The notes below the pieces were generated by a model, which worked only from the letters and a program-made list of their open reading frames with translations, did no database searches and had not been told where the DNA came from. A DNA stretch of 63,928 bases, the filler included, from Collodictyon triciliatum (Eukaryota), in the NCBI GenBank assembly GCA_043381765.1. It is 4 parts of 4 records of this genome, joined end to end, with 100 filler letters (N's around TTAATTAATTAA, not from the genome) between each part and the next. Parts side by side here need not be neighbours in the genome. Positions count along the whole stretch, not along the records: positions 1 to 16,826 come from JBHJMP010001512.1; positions 16,927 to 33,705 come from JBHJMP010001513.1; 2 more parts are not named here. One strand, written 5' to 3'. Below, piece by piece: positions 12,808 through 25,176 of this stretch. A program made the translations under genes and the position numbers. Every line of letters begins with the position of its first letter. Within the stretch, counting starts at the first letter, position 1.

Positions 12808-15800
12808 ATGGCACGTCCGTTTTCACGACCCTTATTGCATTCAACCCTTGTTCTTCTGGTCTCTCGCTTTGTGTGGTCGTTGCCTTTGGAAGGCCGTGAT
12901 CTGCCTACTGGCGAAATAGGATTTGCCTTCGAGCCGCAACTCCCTCTTTCTCCAACCACGCAGGTAACTTCCTCCTTTTATTTCAAGGACCTTTTGTTTT
13001 TTGGTCTGGAAAATCACCGTGGAAAACTCGCATGCTACGAAGAGGTACACGTGTACCGAAAGCGCGGGAGTCGGTTCAGCTGGCTGCAAGGCTGGCATTC
13101 ATGCGAGCCTCAAGTCTCTTCAGAAAATATACAAGATGTTTTAGACCCGCAACGCCAGGGGACTGTTGTGCGAAGAGGCTTTGGTTCGTCCATTTCAGCT
13201 TCTGTGGGGATTCTCGTCATAGGCTCTCCAACAGAAAGAGCGGACGAAAATGCTTCATTTGGCGTCGTAGATATTTACGAGATATCGAGCCGGGGGACAT
13301 TCACTCATGCTATTCTGTTGGTGAATCCTTGCAATTGCGAAAATGGGATGTTTGGGGTCTCCGTGGCTATAGATGAATCGGTTTTGGTCGTCGGCGCAAC
13401 CTCGGTTGTGTCAGATGTTAACCATGCAGAAAATCAACCTGGAATGGCTTTCGTCTTTTTCAAGATTGATAGCTACCATTGGCTACTTGTGGAGAAGATA
13501 AGTCCGCCTCATTTTTCCATGGATATTAATTTCGGAGTTTCAATGGCGTTAAAATATCCTCACTTGTGGATTTCCTCGCCGGATACCGAGGTAGAAGGGC
13601 ACGAAAGAGTTGGTATTGTATACAGCTATTTAATGAATAATCAATCAGGTTCTGTTATGCGTGGTTCAAAAACATTTCGGGTTCCAATTCCGATGGGTCA
13701 ATTTGGGTTAAGTATCTCAATGTATTCTACAACTCTCTTATTGGTGAAGTCAAATATCGGAATTCACATTGTAAGCCCAAAACTGTGGAATGACACAGAT
13801 CACTCGAAAATTATGACGATATTCAAAAACTGGAATTTGTTTTCCATGATAGACGACAACAACATCCTATATGGCGTTGCACACTATCAGGATGAATCAC
13901 ATCCGATAGGAATATACTCTATAAAAGGTATTTATACCCCAGGTCTTGATTTATATTCACATATATACATAAGTGTAATCACTCTGAATATCATTTTGAA
14001 AAAAATAAAGTAACATAAAAAACACATTTCTATAGGCAGTACTGAGGAAACGCCCATAGTTCCTTTAGACAGTTACAGTAATATTATAAAGAATTTCTGT
14101 ATTGGTGAATTGGAGGCAGGACAAATCCTTGCTATCCGCATCGCAATTCCCAAATTCGAACAGATGGCAGGATACTTTGCCATGGAAAATACACACATAG
14201 GCCCATGTGAAGTTTCAATTAATCACAATAATTCTATTTCTCAAATTCACAGGACTGTTCAAAACATGAGAAAAGTAAGGACTCCTAATATGATTATACC
14301 CGATACATCAACGAACACCAGCAATCATTTTTCTGAGACAGAGTTTGTGGTTGAAAATAAGAATGGACAGAAAAAGTTGAAAATATGTCTTGTTTTCTTT
14401 TACCCCCAAACAAAAAATATGAAGATATTGCATGATTACTACCACATGAAAATAGGAAGACGTAGTTTTGAATTAAAAGGAAGCCAGTTTGAATCAGAAT
14501 ACCCTGGAAAGTTTAATGACATCCACTCGTGGAGATGTTTTACCGGTGAAAAAAAGAGACCTTGTCTTTACTCTGACGGGTCTCTCCTTAAAATAAGACC
14601 TGAAGCAAGAGCTAAAATTAAACAAACACCAGAAAGATACCTTTTGTTTGGAAGTTATACATTTGAATATTGTCTAATATCAAAAGCTCGTACTTTACTT
14701 GCTGGCTGCACTAAAAAAACCGTTGATGTGGAGGATGCCGACCTATATCCTATATACATAGTTATTAGCAAGCCCTCTCCTCTCTCTTACGACAATAGCA
14801 TTATCCTTACAGTAAACAACCCAAATGAAATACGTAATCTTACTACCCAATTATTTTGGAGACAAATGGCAAATAATCTAAGTTTGATTAACGATGGGCC
14901 AGACAGTGACAGAAAGCCATATACCCTGATTGAAGATAAGGCGAGTATCCCCCTATACTCTATTATGAATGAGGACCAAACAATAGAGGTATTATCCACT
15001 CGTGTTGATTCAGAAAAGATTGCAGGATACTCGAAAATAACCATACCAAGTATGCATCTCGACGTGAAAGGTTTCCTGGAAATCAGTCCAGCTTCAATCA
15101 GGCCACTTCATGAAATGATAGTATGTTTCGAACATACTCAGCGAAAACCGACCGCACAGTACTCGTATTCATTCGGATTCTCCCCGAGTGCTAGATGGCC
15201 TATTATGTACACACAACTAGATTCGTATTCAGAGTGTGTGTCCATGTTTGCTCCTATTTTAACATGCGATAAAGAGAATTACACAAAGGAAAACAACGTA
15301 TGCAATATAGACGTTTTCGTTAAGGTTTCAAATAATGAAGGGAGGCATACCACCTTTTACAAGACACTCACAATAAGCAATGAGAGCAGCCTGGATAATT
15401 ATAAAATGAAGAATATCTGTAAGGAAGCCATAGCGTCAAATAGGAACTTACTTGCAGACACACTCAATATTAGTAATGGACGCTCTTTGGGACTCTTAAC
15501 TGCTATTTTATCAAGTCTCATCATCGCCGAGAAAACAGACAAGTATGAGGCACCTGTCAACCATAAGGACACAGAATTACTCTTAGACCTTCTTCAGCAA
15601 ATGCAACTGTTATACGGCAAGAGGCAAATCCGAAACTATGCGACTAAGAATTTCGCCTTCGCGCAACTGGACCTTTTACAAGAGTTCATGAAAAGTAATT
15701 CTGAATTCAGTATTAGCGGAATCTGTGCGGGATTATTTGCACTTACTCGCAGCTTACACGGTTTTTTTCATTTTCATCTTCATTTTCATCTTCATTTTCA

Positions 15801-16385
15801 TTTTCATTTTCATTTTCATTTTCATGAATATATGAAACCATTTATTTTGCCCGCCTTGATATATATGTCCTCTGAACATTTCTATTTTATTTCATAGAGA
15901 ACTTTGGGGTCGAGAACGAATCTACTAGAGACGAGGCGAATGATTTGGAGCTATCATTACATGAATGTAGAGTAAGGCATTCCACGGGAACTATTGGCAG
16001 AAGATATGCCAACAAAGCAATCAGATATTACCAGAGGCAAGACCCCGGCCAGGACTCGCAGTCAGCAAACCGTCGCACTTTCTTCTCGAAAGTCACATTT
16101 ATTTCCCTTGACCAAGTCATGTCCTTTACAACATTATTTGGTATCGTACTGATTGTGGGTCTATGTGGATTCTTTACTCGCGTTTTTCGACGGAATCGCC
16201 GTAATATAATCACACCATTTGGGACTGCGGCTGGCCCCACACAAAGCGGCTTCGAGTTTCAGGACATTGTTTATTCCGGGTCATTTAACTCGCAGCCTAC
16301 AACCCGTCAGATGCACAGCTACAACCACAGCCCACAAAACAAAGCCGCTACCGACTCCAAAAAGTACATGTCTAACCCTGAATGA
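12808..16385 (+). CDS. Type I membrane protein (~1,110 aa): signal peptide, FG-GAP-like repeats, REJ-like segment, TM followed by GFFTR (exons 12808-13927, 14036-15760, 15898-16385)
   Basis: Two GT-AG introns join three ORFs in frame (3,333 nt). Hydrophobic N-terminus; repeats FGSSISASVGILVIGSP, FGVSVAIDESVLVVGAT, FGVSMALKYPHLWISSP, FGLSISMYSTTLLV; TM FTTLFGIVLIVGLCGFF followed by basic TRVFRRNRR. Confidence 0.8.
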
Positions 16386-16785
16386 ACAGCATCATCATAG
16401 CCTTCTATATTCTTTACAATTTCTTTTCTAGTTTCTCTGCCAAGTGCACTGAGGTTTTATTTTATTTTTTTATTTTTAGCTTTGGGAAAAAAAAGAAAAA
16501 AGAAGCTCACGCCATATTCGCTCCTATTTAACAATAAATCGAAGTCTGGGTGATTTTTTTTTTTTTTGCCAGTCTGCTCTTGTCCGTCTGCTGGGCTTGT
16601 TGATGAAAGTTTGGGAATCATAGGAATCGAAGGCAATCTTTCCTTTCAAGTTGCCTTTATTCCTTTTTTTTTTTTTTTTTTATTTTTTTGGAACAGTTCC
16701 ACGTCGCTTTTGTAAAATTTAAAGAGTTCTGCGCGCTCTTTGTGTTTTATCTTGAAATGTTCCAGGTGCATGGATAACACACATG

Positions 16786-16826
<41 letters not shown>

Positions 16827-16926
16827 NNNNNNNNNNNNNNNNNNNNNNNNNNNNNNNNNNNNNNNNNNNNTTAATTAATTAANNNNNNNNNNNNNNNNNN
16901 NNNNNNNNNNNNNNNNNNNNNNNNNN
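16827..16926. other. Artificial scaffold-joining spacer (N44-TTAATTAATTAA-N44)
   Basis: Exactly 100 bp; the palindromic 12-mer gives stops in all six frames; identical structure at three sites. Confidence 0.97.
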
Positions 16927-17063
16927 TTTTCTTCTTTTTTTTCTTCTTTTTTTCTTCTTTTTTTCTTCTTTTTTTCTTCTTTTTTTCTTCTTTTTTTCTT
17001 CTTTTTTTCTTCTTTTTTTCTTCTTTTTCTCTCTCTCTGATGTGTCGCAATATCTTTTGTAAG

Positions 17064-18630
17064 GAACGCGGAAATCTTATCGGATAAACTCCTCATTACA
17101 GCAACTGGGCAGCGCCTTTGAGTTGTTGGTGTCCCGCAACAGAATGTTTTTGCTATAAGCGATTGTGCAACCGTGGTGTACGTGACATCCCACATAGATG
17201 TATTTGTTTAAATAGAGGCAGAAAGAAGAATAACGTAGCCTCCACATTCTTACGTATGCTAGAACGCACTATGGAAATTTCTTATTATACCGTCATTTTA
17301 ATATAATCGAAGGGGGTTAGGTCAGTGGATAAAATGGTAGAAATTTTCAGGGCTTAAGACAAGAACCACGACCAAACTCTGGACTTTGAAGAGTTTGATA
17401 AGTTTATTGATGAAGTGTCCAGAAAATAGCCCAGATTCGAATTCTGATTGAAAATATCACAAGTTGATGAAATATAATCAGAAGAGGCACTATTTAAAGA
17501 ATTCGAGGTTTTTTTTAAATCTATCGTCTTGAATTACCAACAGGCACTTGTCATATTGATGTCATTGTAAATATATACTATTCCAAAAATTCCAGGATTT
17601 GGATAGAAAGATTGACGCAAATGAGTTCAAAAGCCTATTGACAGCAGCAGATAGCTAGGTCACTACATTTCATGCAACAGCCCAAGTCGCCTCGCAGCAA
17701 GTAAAATGTCATATATATATTACATTATCCTAGTCATTTTCAGAGCTATCGGAGAATCTTCCCTCCCTTTATCTTTTTTTTTCGGTTACCACAGGCACCT
17801 ATCTCGCCACTCGTACGACATAACCTCGCTGCACTTTGAATTGAATCAAGGAGTAAAGTCCTTTTTTTTCCGGTTATTTTCGGTTATTTTCGGTACTAAT
17901 CACACACGATGAAACTTTCTTTTATCCATTTTAAATGTTTGCAAATTGTGATAGGGTAAAGATCTTGCCGAAATATTCAGTGCCGGAAAACATGATTCTG
18001 GTGCTATGTCGTTGCCTTTCATTTATGACCATAAGGGCTCCTTTACATATGTTGGTGGAGAGCAAGCTGTAAGGATTAAATCTTTATTTATCAATGCTAT
18101 ATATAAGGCTAATGACGAAAACAAAATTATTATTGTAGTTAATGCTATTAAAAATATTTGAACTGATATAAATTTTGCAAAACATGTGTGTACAAGAGCT
18201 AACCCTTCTTTATGTAATTTATTTTCCTTTTCTTTTTGGCCTCTCCTCTGTGATTTACCATAGGCCGCTGATGTTATGAATCTTAATTTATCTGGAGTTC
18301 ATGGCAACTTTCTATGGAGAGGAGCTTCTTTGGCAGGGTAAATGCTCAAGCTTACTTCGCCATACAACCTATCCGATTATCTTTATTTTATCAACGATCT
18401 CATTATGTTCAAGTCGAGAGGTTTATTTTTAGCCTCCACTCGCCAGCCTCTGCTGTCATTGTCGCCACACAACCGGACTTTTTTTTTTTCAAAATCCTTC
18501 TTAGTGAACATAATGCATCATTACTCAACGCCTCCAAACCCACAGGATACCCCAACTTTCAACATCCTTTTCAGTTGCCATGGACTGGATGCGTACATGT
18601 CTGGTTGGTCGTGATATATCACGAGTATAA
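17064..18630 (+). pseudogene. Pseudogene of an EF-hand (NDB-type) alternative NAD(P)H dehydrogenase, C-terminal half
   Basis: RL*VVGVPQQNVFAISDCATV; FRA*DKNHDQTLDFEEF (EF-hand); ADS*VTTFHATAQVASQQ|GTYLA; PFIYDHKGSFTYVGGEQA; NFLWRG; VAMDWMRTCLVGRDISRV*. In-frame stops at 17119, 17355, 17427, 17445, 17475 and 17656; introns retained. Confidence 0.88.
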
Positions 18631-18849
18631 ACCACGCACGGCAACTTTCTGAGTATCTATGGTTTGAATTGGCGAGGCGTTTATTGGGTAAAGCTGCTTT
18701 TGTATCGAATAATTTATGCAGTCATAATCATCACTAGGTATTTCTAATCAACAGGCACATACCCTGCCTCTATGACAAAAAAAAAAGAAAAGAGCCGCTC
18801 CGAATACCAACTCACTCCTTCTGCCATCACGCAGCCACATCAACGCCAG

Positions 18850-19960
18850 AACGAAAAAACAGAAAATACAATTCCACTCAGCGCTTTTTCGTGTTGCTTT
18901 TGGGTTAATAATATTCCCACCTCAAAAGATAGTGTATTAATATTTGTGTAGAATAGTATCTCAGATTGCGGACTCGCTTGGTGCTCAAGCGTAAGGCAAA
19001 GGGGAGGGAAAATAATTGAAACTGCTAGATAGGGCGAATATGAGAGCCAAACTGATGAAGATAGTCGCATCCTCATGTGCATGGCTTTGGTATGGTGATT
19101 GGGTACGGCATAAGTAGTTTAGGCCTGTAGGTTCGCTCTGGGCAGTGGAAACTGCATGCCCCAAGCAAATAAGCTGCATCGCCCTGGACAAAAAATGAAT
19201 AATTCGTATAATCCCTAAACGTAGAGAATATAAACTAATAATATGCTGCAAGATGAGCTGGGGCGAAGTCTTGAAGCAGGGAAGGAATCGTTTATGTAGA
19301 GTAACTCTGGGGCAGCCTGTGCTTTTTATGTGACGATTTGTGAGATAAGCGATAGAAGGAGAAAAAGAAAACGAAAGCATACAAATACGTTCTTGACAAA
19401 ATCAATGCCCGAGTAATACTCAAACATCCGAAACAGCGAGTGCATGGTTTGAGCAAAACACATTCATCTCAGATGTGTTTACACTCTTGTAGTTGCGACT
19501 ATTGCTTCCATGTTTGTGTTGGAATTCCTGAAGACACGTAACAGCTTGTTTCATATAAAAGTGCGTTGAAAAAAAGGAGTAAAAGGAAATGATATCATGA
19601 AATATGACAAAAAAAAATGTATGGGATGTAGTAAACCAAAATAATTGTTCGAGAGAAGGTGAATTGGAAAAAGGAAAACAACAAGGGGATGACATATAAA
19701 AGCATCCAAGAGAGCATGATAAGATACGGCTTTCTTAAAACTGCTGCTCTACGTGTGGTGCTGTATGTAATCTGCTAGTTAGGCTTCTCATCTTCAATAG
19801 GAGATGGTGTGTACTTTCTTTGGTCCTTTCTCGCCAATCTCCCGGCTGCAATGATGGCATGGAACCCTTTCTATATCGCACATTAATTAATTCGTTACTA
19901 AGTAAATAAGTAAACTCGAACGACATGTGTTCAAGTATTAATACCCGCAACTACATAGTC
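18850..19960 (-). pseudogene. Possible highly decayed leucine-rich-repeat gene remnant
   Basis: Scattered LRR-like fragments in different frames (LRVLILEH, LLKMRSLTS, SNSPSLEQLF, SPSIAYLTN, SFNYFPSP); no continuous ORF. Confidence 0.25.
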
Positions 19961-22099
19961 GGTTTTATAAGCGGATACAAATGGAATAAATAAAGAGAGG
20001 TAACACAAAGTACAATGACAATGTGACCTATCATAATCACTATAATCATAGACATACTCTGAACTTCCTTTCAGCATTATAGCTTCGCATCATATCNNNN
20101 NNNNNNNNNNNNNNNNNNNNNNNNNNNNNNNNNNNNNNNNNNNNNNNNNNNNNNNNNNNNNNNNNNNNNNNNNNNNNNNNNNNNNNNNNNNNNNNNNNNN
20201 NNNNNNNNNNNNNNNNNNNNNNNNNNNNNNNNNNNNNNNNNNNNNNNNNNNNNNNNNNNNNNNNNNNNNNNNNNNNNNNNNNNNNNNNNNNNNNNNNNNN
20301 NNNNNNNNNNNNNNNNNNNNNNNNNNNNNNNNNNNNNNNNNNNNNNNNNNNNNNNNNNNNNNNNNNNNNNNNNNNNNNNNNNNNNNNNNNNNNNNNNNNN
20401 NNNNNNNNNNNNNNNNNNNNNNNNNNNNNNNNNNNNNNNNNNNNNNNNNNNNNNNNNNNNNNNNNNNNGAATACGAATATAAATAAGGCTATCAGAAAGG
20501 CTTTATTTCTCTCTGTTCATTTTCAACTTTGTAGATATAGCACTATTGTTAGTTTAACAAGGACATGAAGAAGGTTTATATCTGCAATGTATATATATAT
20601 ATTTCCATTCCATTTATATACTTCTCGAGTGGAGACTTCGTCCGGTAATTCTATGAATAACTTGGAACAGGGCTTCCATGTGTAAATAGTGTATTAGAGA
20701 AAACATTTCCACACTCATCTCACCTCATCTCATACACATGCGATCTAAATATACCATCGATAAGAAAGGACCGGGTTGGTCAGCTTCGTCTTTTTCTTTT
20801 TCTTTTCTTTTCTTTTTCTTTTTTTCTTTGTCTTTTTCTTTTTTTTTCTTTTTGTGGGACGAGGAAGAAGCAGCCCCGAAGCCAAGCAATCTGTTTGAGA
20901 TATTCTCAGAACCCAACGCACCAGAGCCACGCAGACAACGATTGCTTTGTTGGCACTTTTCGTTTTCTTGTTTTTCTTATTTTCTTCTTCCCTTTTTATC
21001 CGGTCTTCTTTTCACATCCTCGTTCTGGACAGCGTCAAAGTCATAAACCGTCAGCACAACCCACTCACCACTCCTTTAAAAGCTTGGAGAAAAGAAAGAA
21101 AGATAGAAAGAAAGAAAGTGACATGAGTGGGATCGCAGAAGAGCTCGCTCGGCTTTCACTGTGTTGTTGTGCGTTTTTACTGGACATGATAATGTTGTTG
21201 TTTTGCCCAACACACTTGTCTATTCTTCGACCAGAAAGGCTGGGCCGATATTCAAGATCTCCCAGCCTTTTGACCTGCCAACTCACTCATATGAACTGTG
21301 AGTCAGCATCTTGGTTAAAGTCTGTAAAAGCTTTCTGCAACGATGGACAAAGATGCTGCGTGGGGATGACTGCGCACACGCATAAAGGTGCTCGCGAAGC
21401 CGCTTTCATATCACGGACGAGAGACAGATATCCTGAGCCACTATATTACAGAGAGGCAAACACAATAAACAGATAAACTTTGCCGTTGTCATGCGTTGAT
21501 AAGCGTGTTGGACACTTTCCGCGAACTGGCTGAGAACTTTTAGATGAAAGGATATACTGGATGGAAGGAGGTTTAATATACAAACTTACTGGAGTTTGTT
21601 CTTGAGTTTGCTGTCGCGTAGTGCCTTGTTGTCATGATTCCCAGCTTTTTTTTTTTTTTTATCTTTTATCTTATTGACAATTGATTCCTGTGACTCAACA
21701 AAGTTACTTTGTAATCAAGAAAAAAAAAAAAAGAAAGGTAATCATAGCCTTTTATTTCAAAACACCAAGTCTCTAATTATCGACTACTTAATCAGTATAG
21801 AACATAAATACTAAATCTATAAATCATAGTTGAAATCAGTCGATCAGTAAATCAATAAGCAATCAAATATTTACACTCGCCGCACCTTGCCTGCCCTTAT
21901 TCCCCCTTCTCTGACAGCCACCCTCACAATCTAATACCATCGAAAAGTATATCGACTAGTTGAAAAGTACTACAAGGTCCGATGCTTATTCACATACGAA
22001 GTGAAATTAAGACAACGCACTGCAATGATTCCTTTTGCTTTAGCCCTAAATCAAGCCCCAAACAGCCTGCACTATATGGAAGACATACTGTCTGATGGA

Positions 22100-23420
22100 C
22101 TGTACGTTTTCTAGAGCTGCTGGCAACTTCTGCTCATTCCAGCCTTGAAAAGCTCCAAGGGCATCACTGAACTGGGACTCAGAGAAGGTCTCTGTCATCA
22201 ATTCCCCGCATGGTCATTTTGTTTGATTGGCTAGTTGATGTGTGTCTCTTACAATCTGCTGCCGTTGTTTCCGCCGCAAATATCACGCTCGACGGGTTTC
22301 AGTAAATAGTAATCAGTTATTCTCACCTCCTCCGGAAATATCATAATCAGCAAAACTAGCAGAAATTCATGTTGATAACAGTTAGTTAAGTTCACTTCCC
22401 CCTGAGTTGTTATGCTTGACACGTCTCTTGTGTCTCAGTATTTTTAACAAACGAATTTCGTCGTTTCCATCAGAGATACTGTTCTTAACATGTCTCGCTT
22501 GGTTTGGTGCTGGCAGCAATTATTTATTCTCTCTCTAATACCAGAACTATCTTGTTTGAAACTTCTCAGTCTTTTGTGTTTGTAATAATCAGTTGTCTTC
22601 GTCCACAAGAGATGTTACTCTTGACGAACATTTCACAGTTCTATGTCCATGGTAACTCTGTAATTTTTCTTCGTACCAGCATAGACACATATGAACTAAC
22701 TGTGGTATGCATATATATGAAAGAGCTACCAACACAATCAACAGCACTGATTAATTTTAAGGAACACACCATTCGAGCCTATGTTAATTCACACACTAAG
22801 GAGAGCACCGCGTGGCATCACGAATATTCCTTGCTGACACAACAAGAACGATAATTACAAAGCATTTCGTGACTTGCAGTTGCGTGAAATCGTAAGAATT
22901 TTGATCTTTTGGATGCATGCTGCAAATGATACAGTTATCTTTTATGAGCAGATTGATTCTGCGGCAGAGTAAGCCTGGTCTCCAGAAGAGTTGCAAAGCA
23001 ATTTTTGTCTATGAGTGTGGACGGAACGAAACTGAAAAGATTACCAGGTGGAATATTGTTGATGCAGAACTTATCTTGTATCTTGCAAGAAACCAGGCAA
23101 TATATCACATTAGAAGAGACACTTTACCGGCCAACAAAAATCAAACTTAATTTAATGGCGCATACCTTTCCTTCAATCCCTCCACGGCGCACTTTCACTT
23201 AAATGACTAGACATATCAAACGAGGTAATTTGGGAGATGAAAGGAACTTTACTATGCAATATGTTACGTCCGTGTGCATATGAATTTCATTTATGGCATT
23301 CAATACATGCCCTCCTAAATTAACCAGCTGACCATCATCCCTGATTCGATCACTCGACTCTGCCATCTTGAAGTGCTGGATGTTGCAAACGACCTAATGG
23401 GTTGCATGAAAAGCAGTGAT
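22100..23420 (+). pseudogene. Leucine-rich-repeat pseudogene (23-aa bacterial/typical-type LRRs)
   Basis: SNQLFSPPPEIS*SAKLAEIHVDNS*LSSLPPELLCLTRLLCLSIFNKRISSFPSEILFLTCLAWFGAGSNYLFSL*; PQEMLLLTNISQFYVHGN; VDGTKLKRLPGGILLMQNL; NQLTIIPDSITRLCHLEVLDVAND. Interrupted by stops and frameshifts. Confidence 0.8.
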
Positions 23421-25176
23421 TACGAAAGAAAATTTTAAATATCTCTTCCCAATAATATCATTCACATTTCATCCCTTTTTCACTAATTTTCTCATCCCGA
23501 GGCACTGAAAAAGGGATTTTTTTATATATATTACAGATATTGAGCTATTGACATTTCAAGCGAGTTTAGACTACTCAGAGGAGGAAAACGATTCCGAAGC
23601 TGACTCTCAGGCGACTTATTAATCCCCGGCACACTTTGTGTTAAAAAAAAACGGAGATGTCTATTGACAAATCGAATATACGGAAGGTTTTTTCTAGGAA
23701 ACTTTTAATTAAATGTAATTATTTTTTCCTTTATTCGATTAATGCAATTTAATAGTATACTGACGCGATTTTTCCTCTTAATTATCTCTTGCTTACATGA
23801 TAACTTCCGTTGGTTCATTCCACTGGTTTTTGTGCATAAGCAATAATCATATATAAGGGTTCAAGCAAGCCAAGCACGTCTTCACAATTAAAAATAGGTT
23901 GCAGTTCATATTTTCAATCACCACGAACTATAATGTGTAAATCGTGCATTCATTTTAAAGCAATTAAATCCGATTATGCTACTCTTGGTTCATGGTATAA
24001 CTTATTATGATCAAGATTTATCGAGTAAGCCAGCAAAGCAATGAGGTGTGTTTTATCTTACTTTATTATTATATTGTTTGCTTCCCATTGCTTTCCTTCG
24101 TTCAAGAGGGAAAATAAAGCGGCATAGATTATCCATAAATCGTAGCAGATACTGCGTCACATAAGGGAAGGCCAGCAACCGTGAAAAAGTTGAGAGCGAA
24201 ATCCTGTAAGAAGCGACCATTCCAAGCTGTTGGTTACCATGTTGTTTATGCAATCTGTAATTGATTTCAAGAAGAAAAAACAGGCTCATAATCACGGACA
24301 GCCAGCTCTTTGGTGCTATTTAAAAAAACGACAAAGAGGAAAGGGTGGAGATGAGTGATTATTAAATAGCCAGCGTGTATCTTTGCAAACATAGTGAGTG
24401 GTGGGCATATTGCAATATAAAATGTCCTGCGACTCTAGAATGCTCTCGACTGACACACGAGTCATGCGTCTTAGTCCTTAAGGAGTGTGTGCTTTTTCTC
24501 CAATGACCCGGCCCCACTGAAACGCGTCCGCATTCTTTGCTCTGATGCAACAAGCAGAGAGAGATGTGGGTAAGTGTCGAGAGATGCACTCATCTCATCT
24601 TCGGCCTCCGCTGCCCATACAACCAACCGACCAGTTCAGCTGCCCACCTGACCAACTCACTGCCGCCGTCTCCTTTCCAGAGCTGATATTTTTCTGGTGA
24701 CTCTTACCTGCACCTGCCCTCTGCCACACAGTCTATTTGCCCCTTGTATGACTTGACCTGTTGACTTTAGGCTGAATACAGGGGCAATTCCTGTGATATA
24801 GTGTGAAGATGCTTCGGAGCCTTGTTGGTAGTTTTGCTAATGTGCCTAAAATCCAAAAAAAAAAAAATCCAAAAAAAAAGCATAGGAACTTGGAAAAAAA
24901 AAAAGCTAGATTACTCTCGAGCCACAAAGTGTTTGCATGCTTGCTCTTTTTTTTTCTTCATTCTAGTGCTCTGCGGGCTCATAGGCCTTTCAATGCAATT
25001 ACATATACAAAAGTACTGATTTATGAATCTACCGTGTCATATCATGACCACTTAGATGGGGTTTCTTATGATTATTATTTTTTTTGTTTAATTTATTGAC
25101 TCACTCGAAGTACCTGCAACCTCAATTACTTTTGATGAGAAAGAAAACCGAGAAGCGGTACGATGGGGCGAAGAGC

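Noticed and set aside
16871-16882. TTAATTAATTAA palindrome recurring every ~16.9 kb as a biological periodic element
   Set aside because: Always centred in exactly 100 bp with N flanks; an assembly linker.
17064-18630. Stop-codon reassignment or readthrough in the NDH2-like gene
   Set aside because: All three stop types occur together with a frame break and damaged motifs, and intact genes in the same piece have long stop-free ORFs ending in standard stops.
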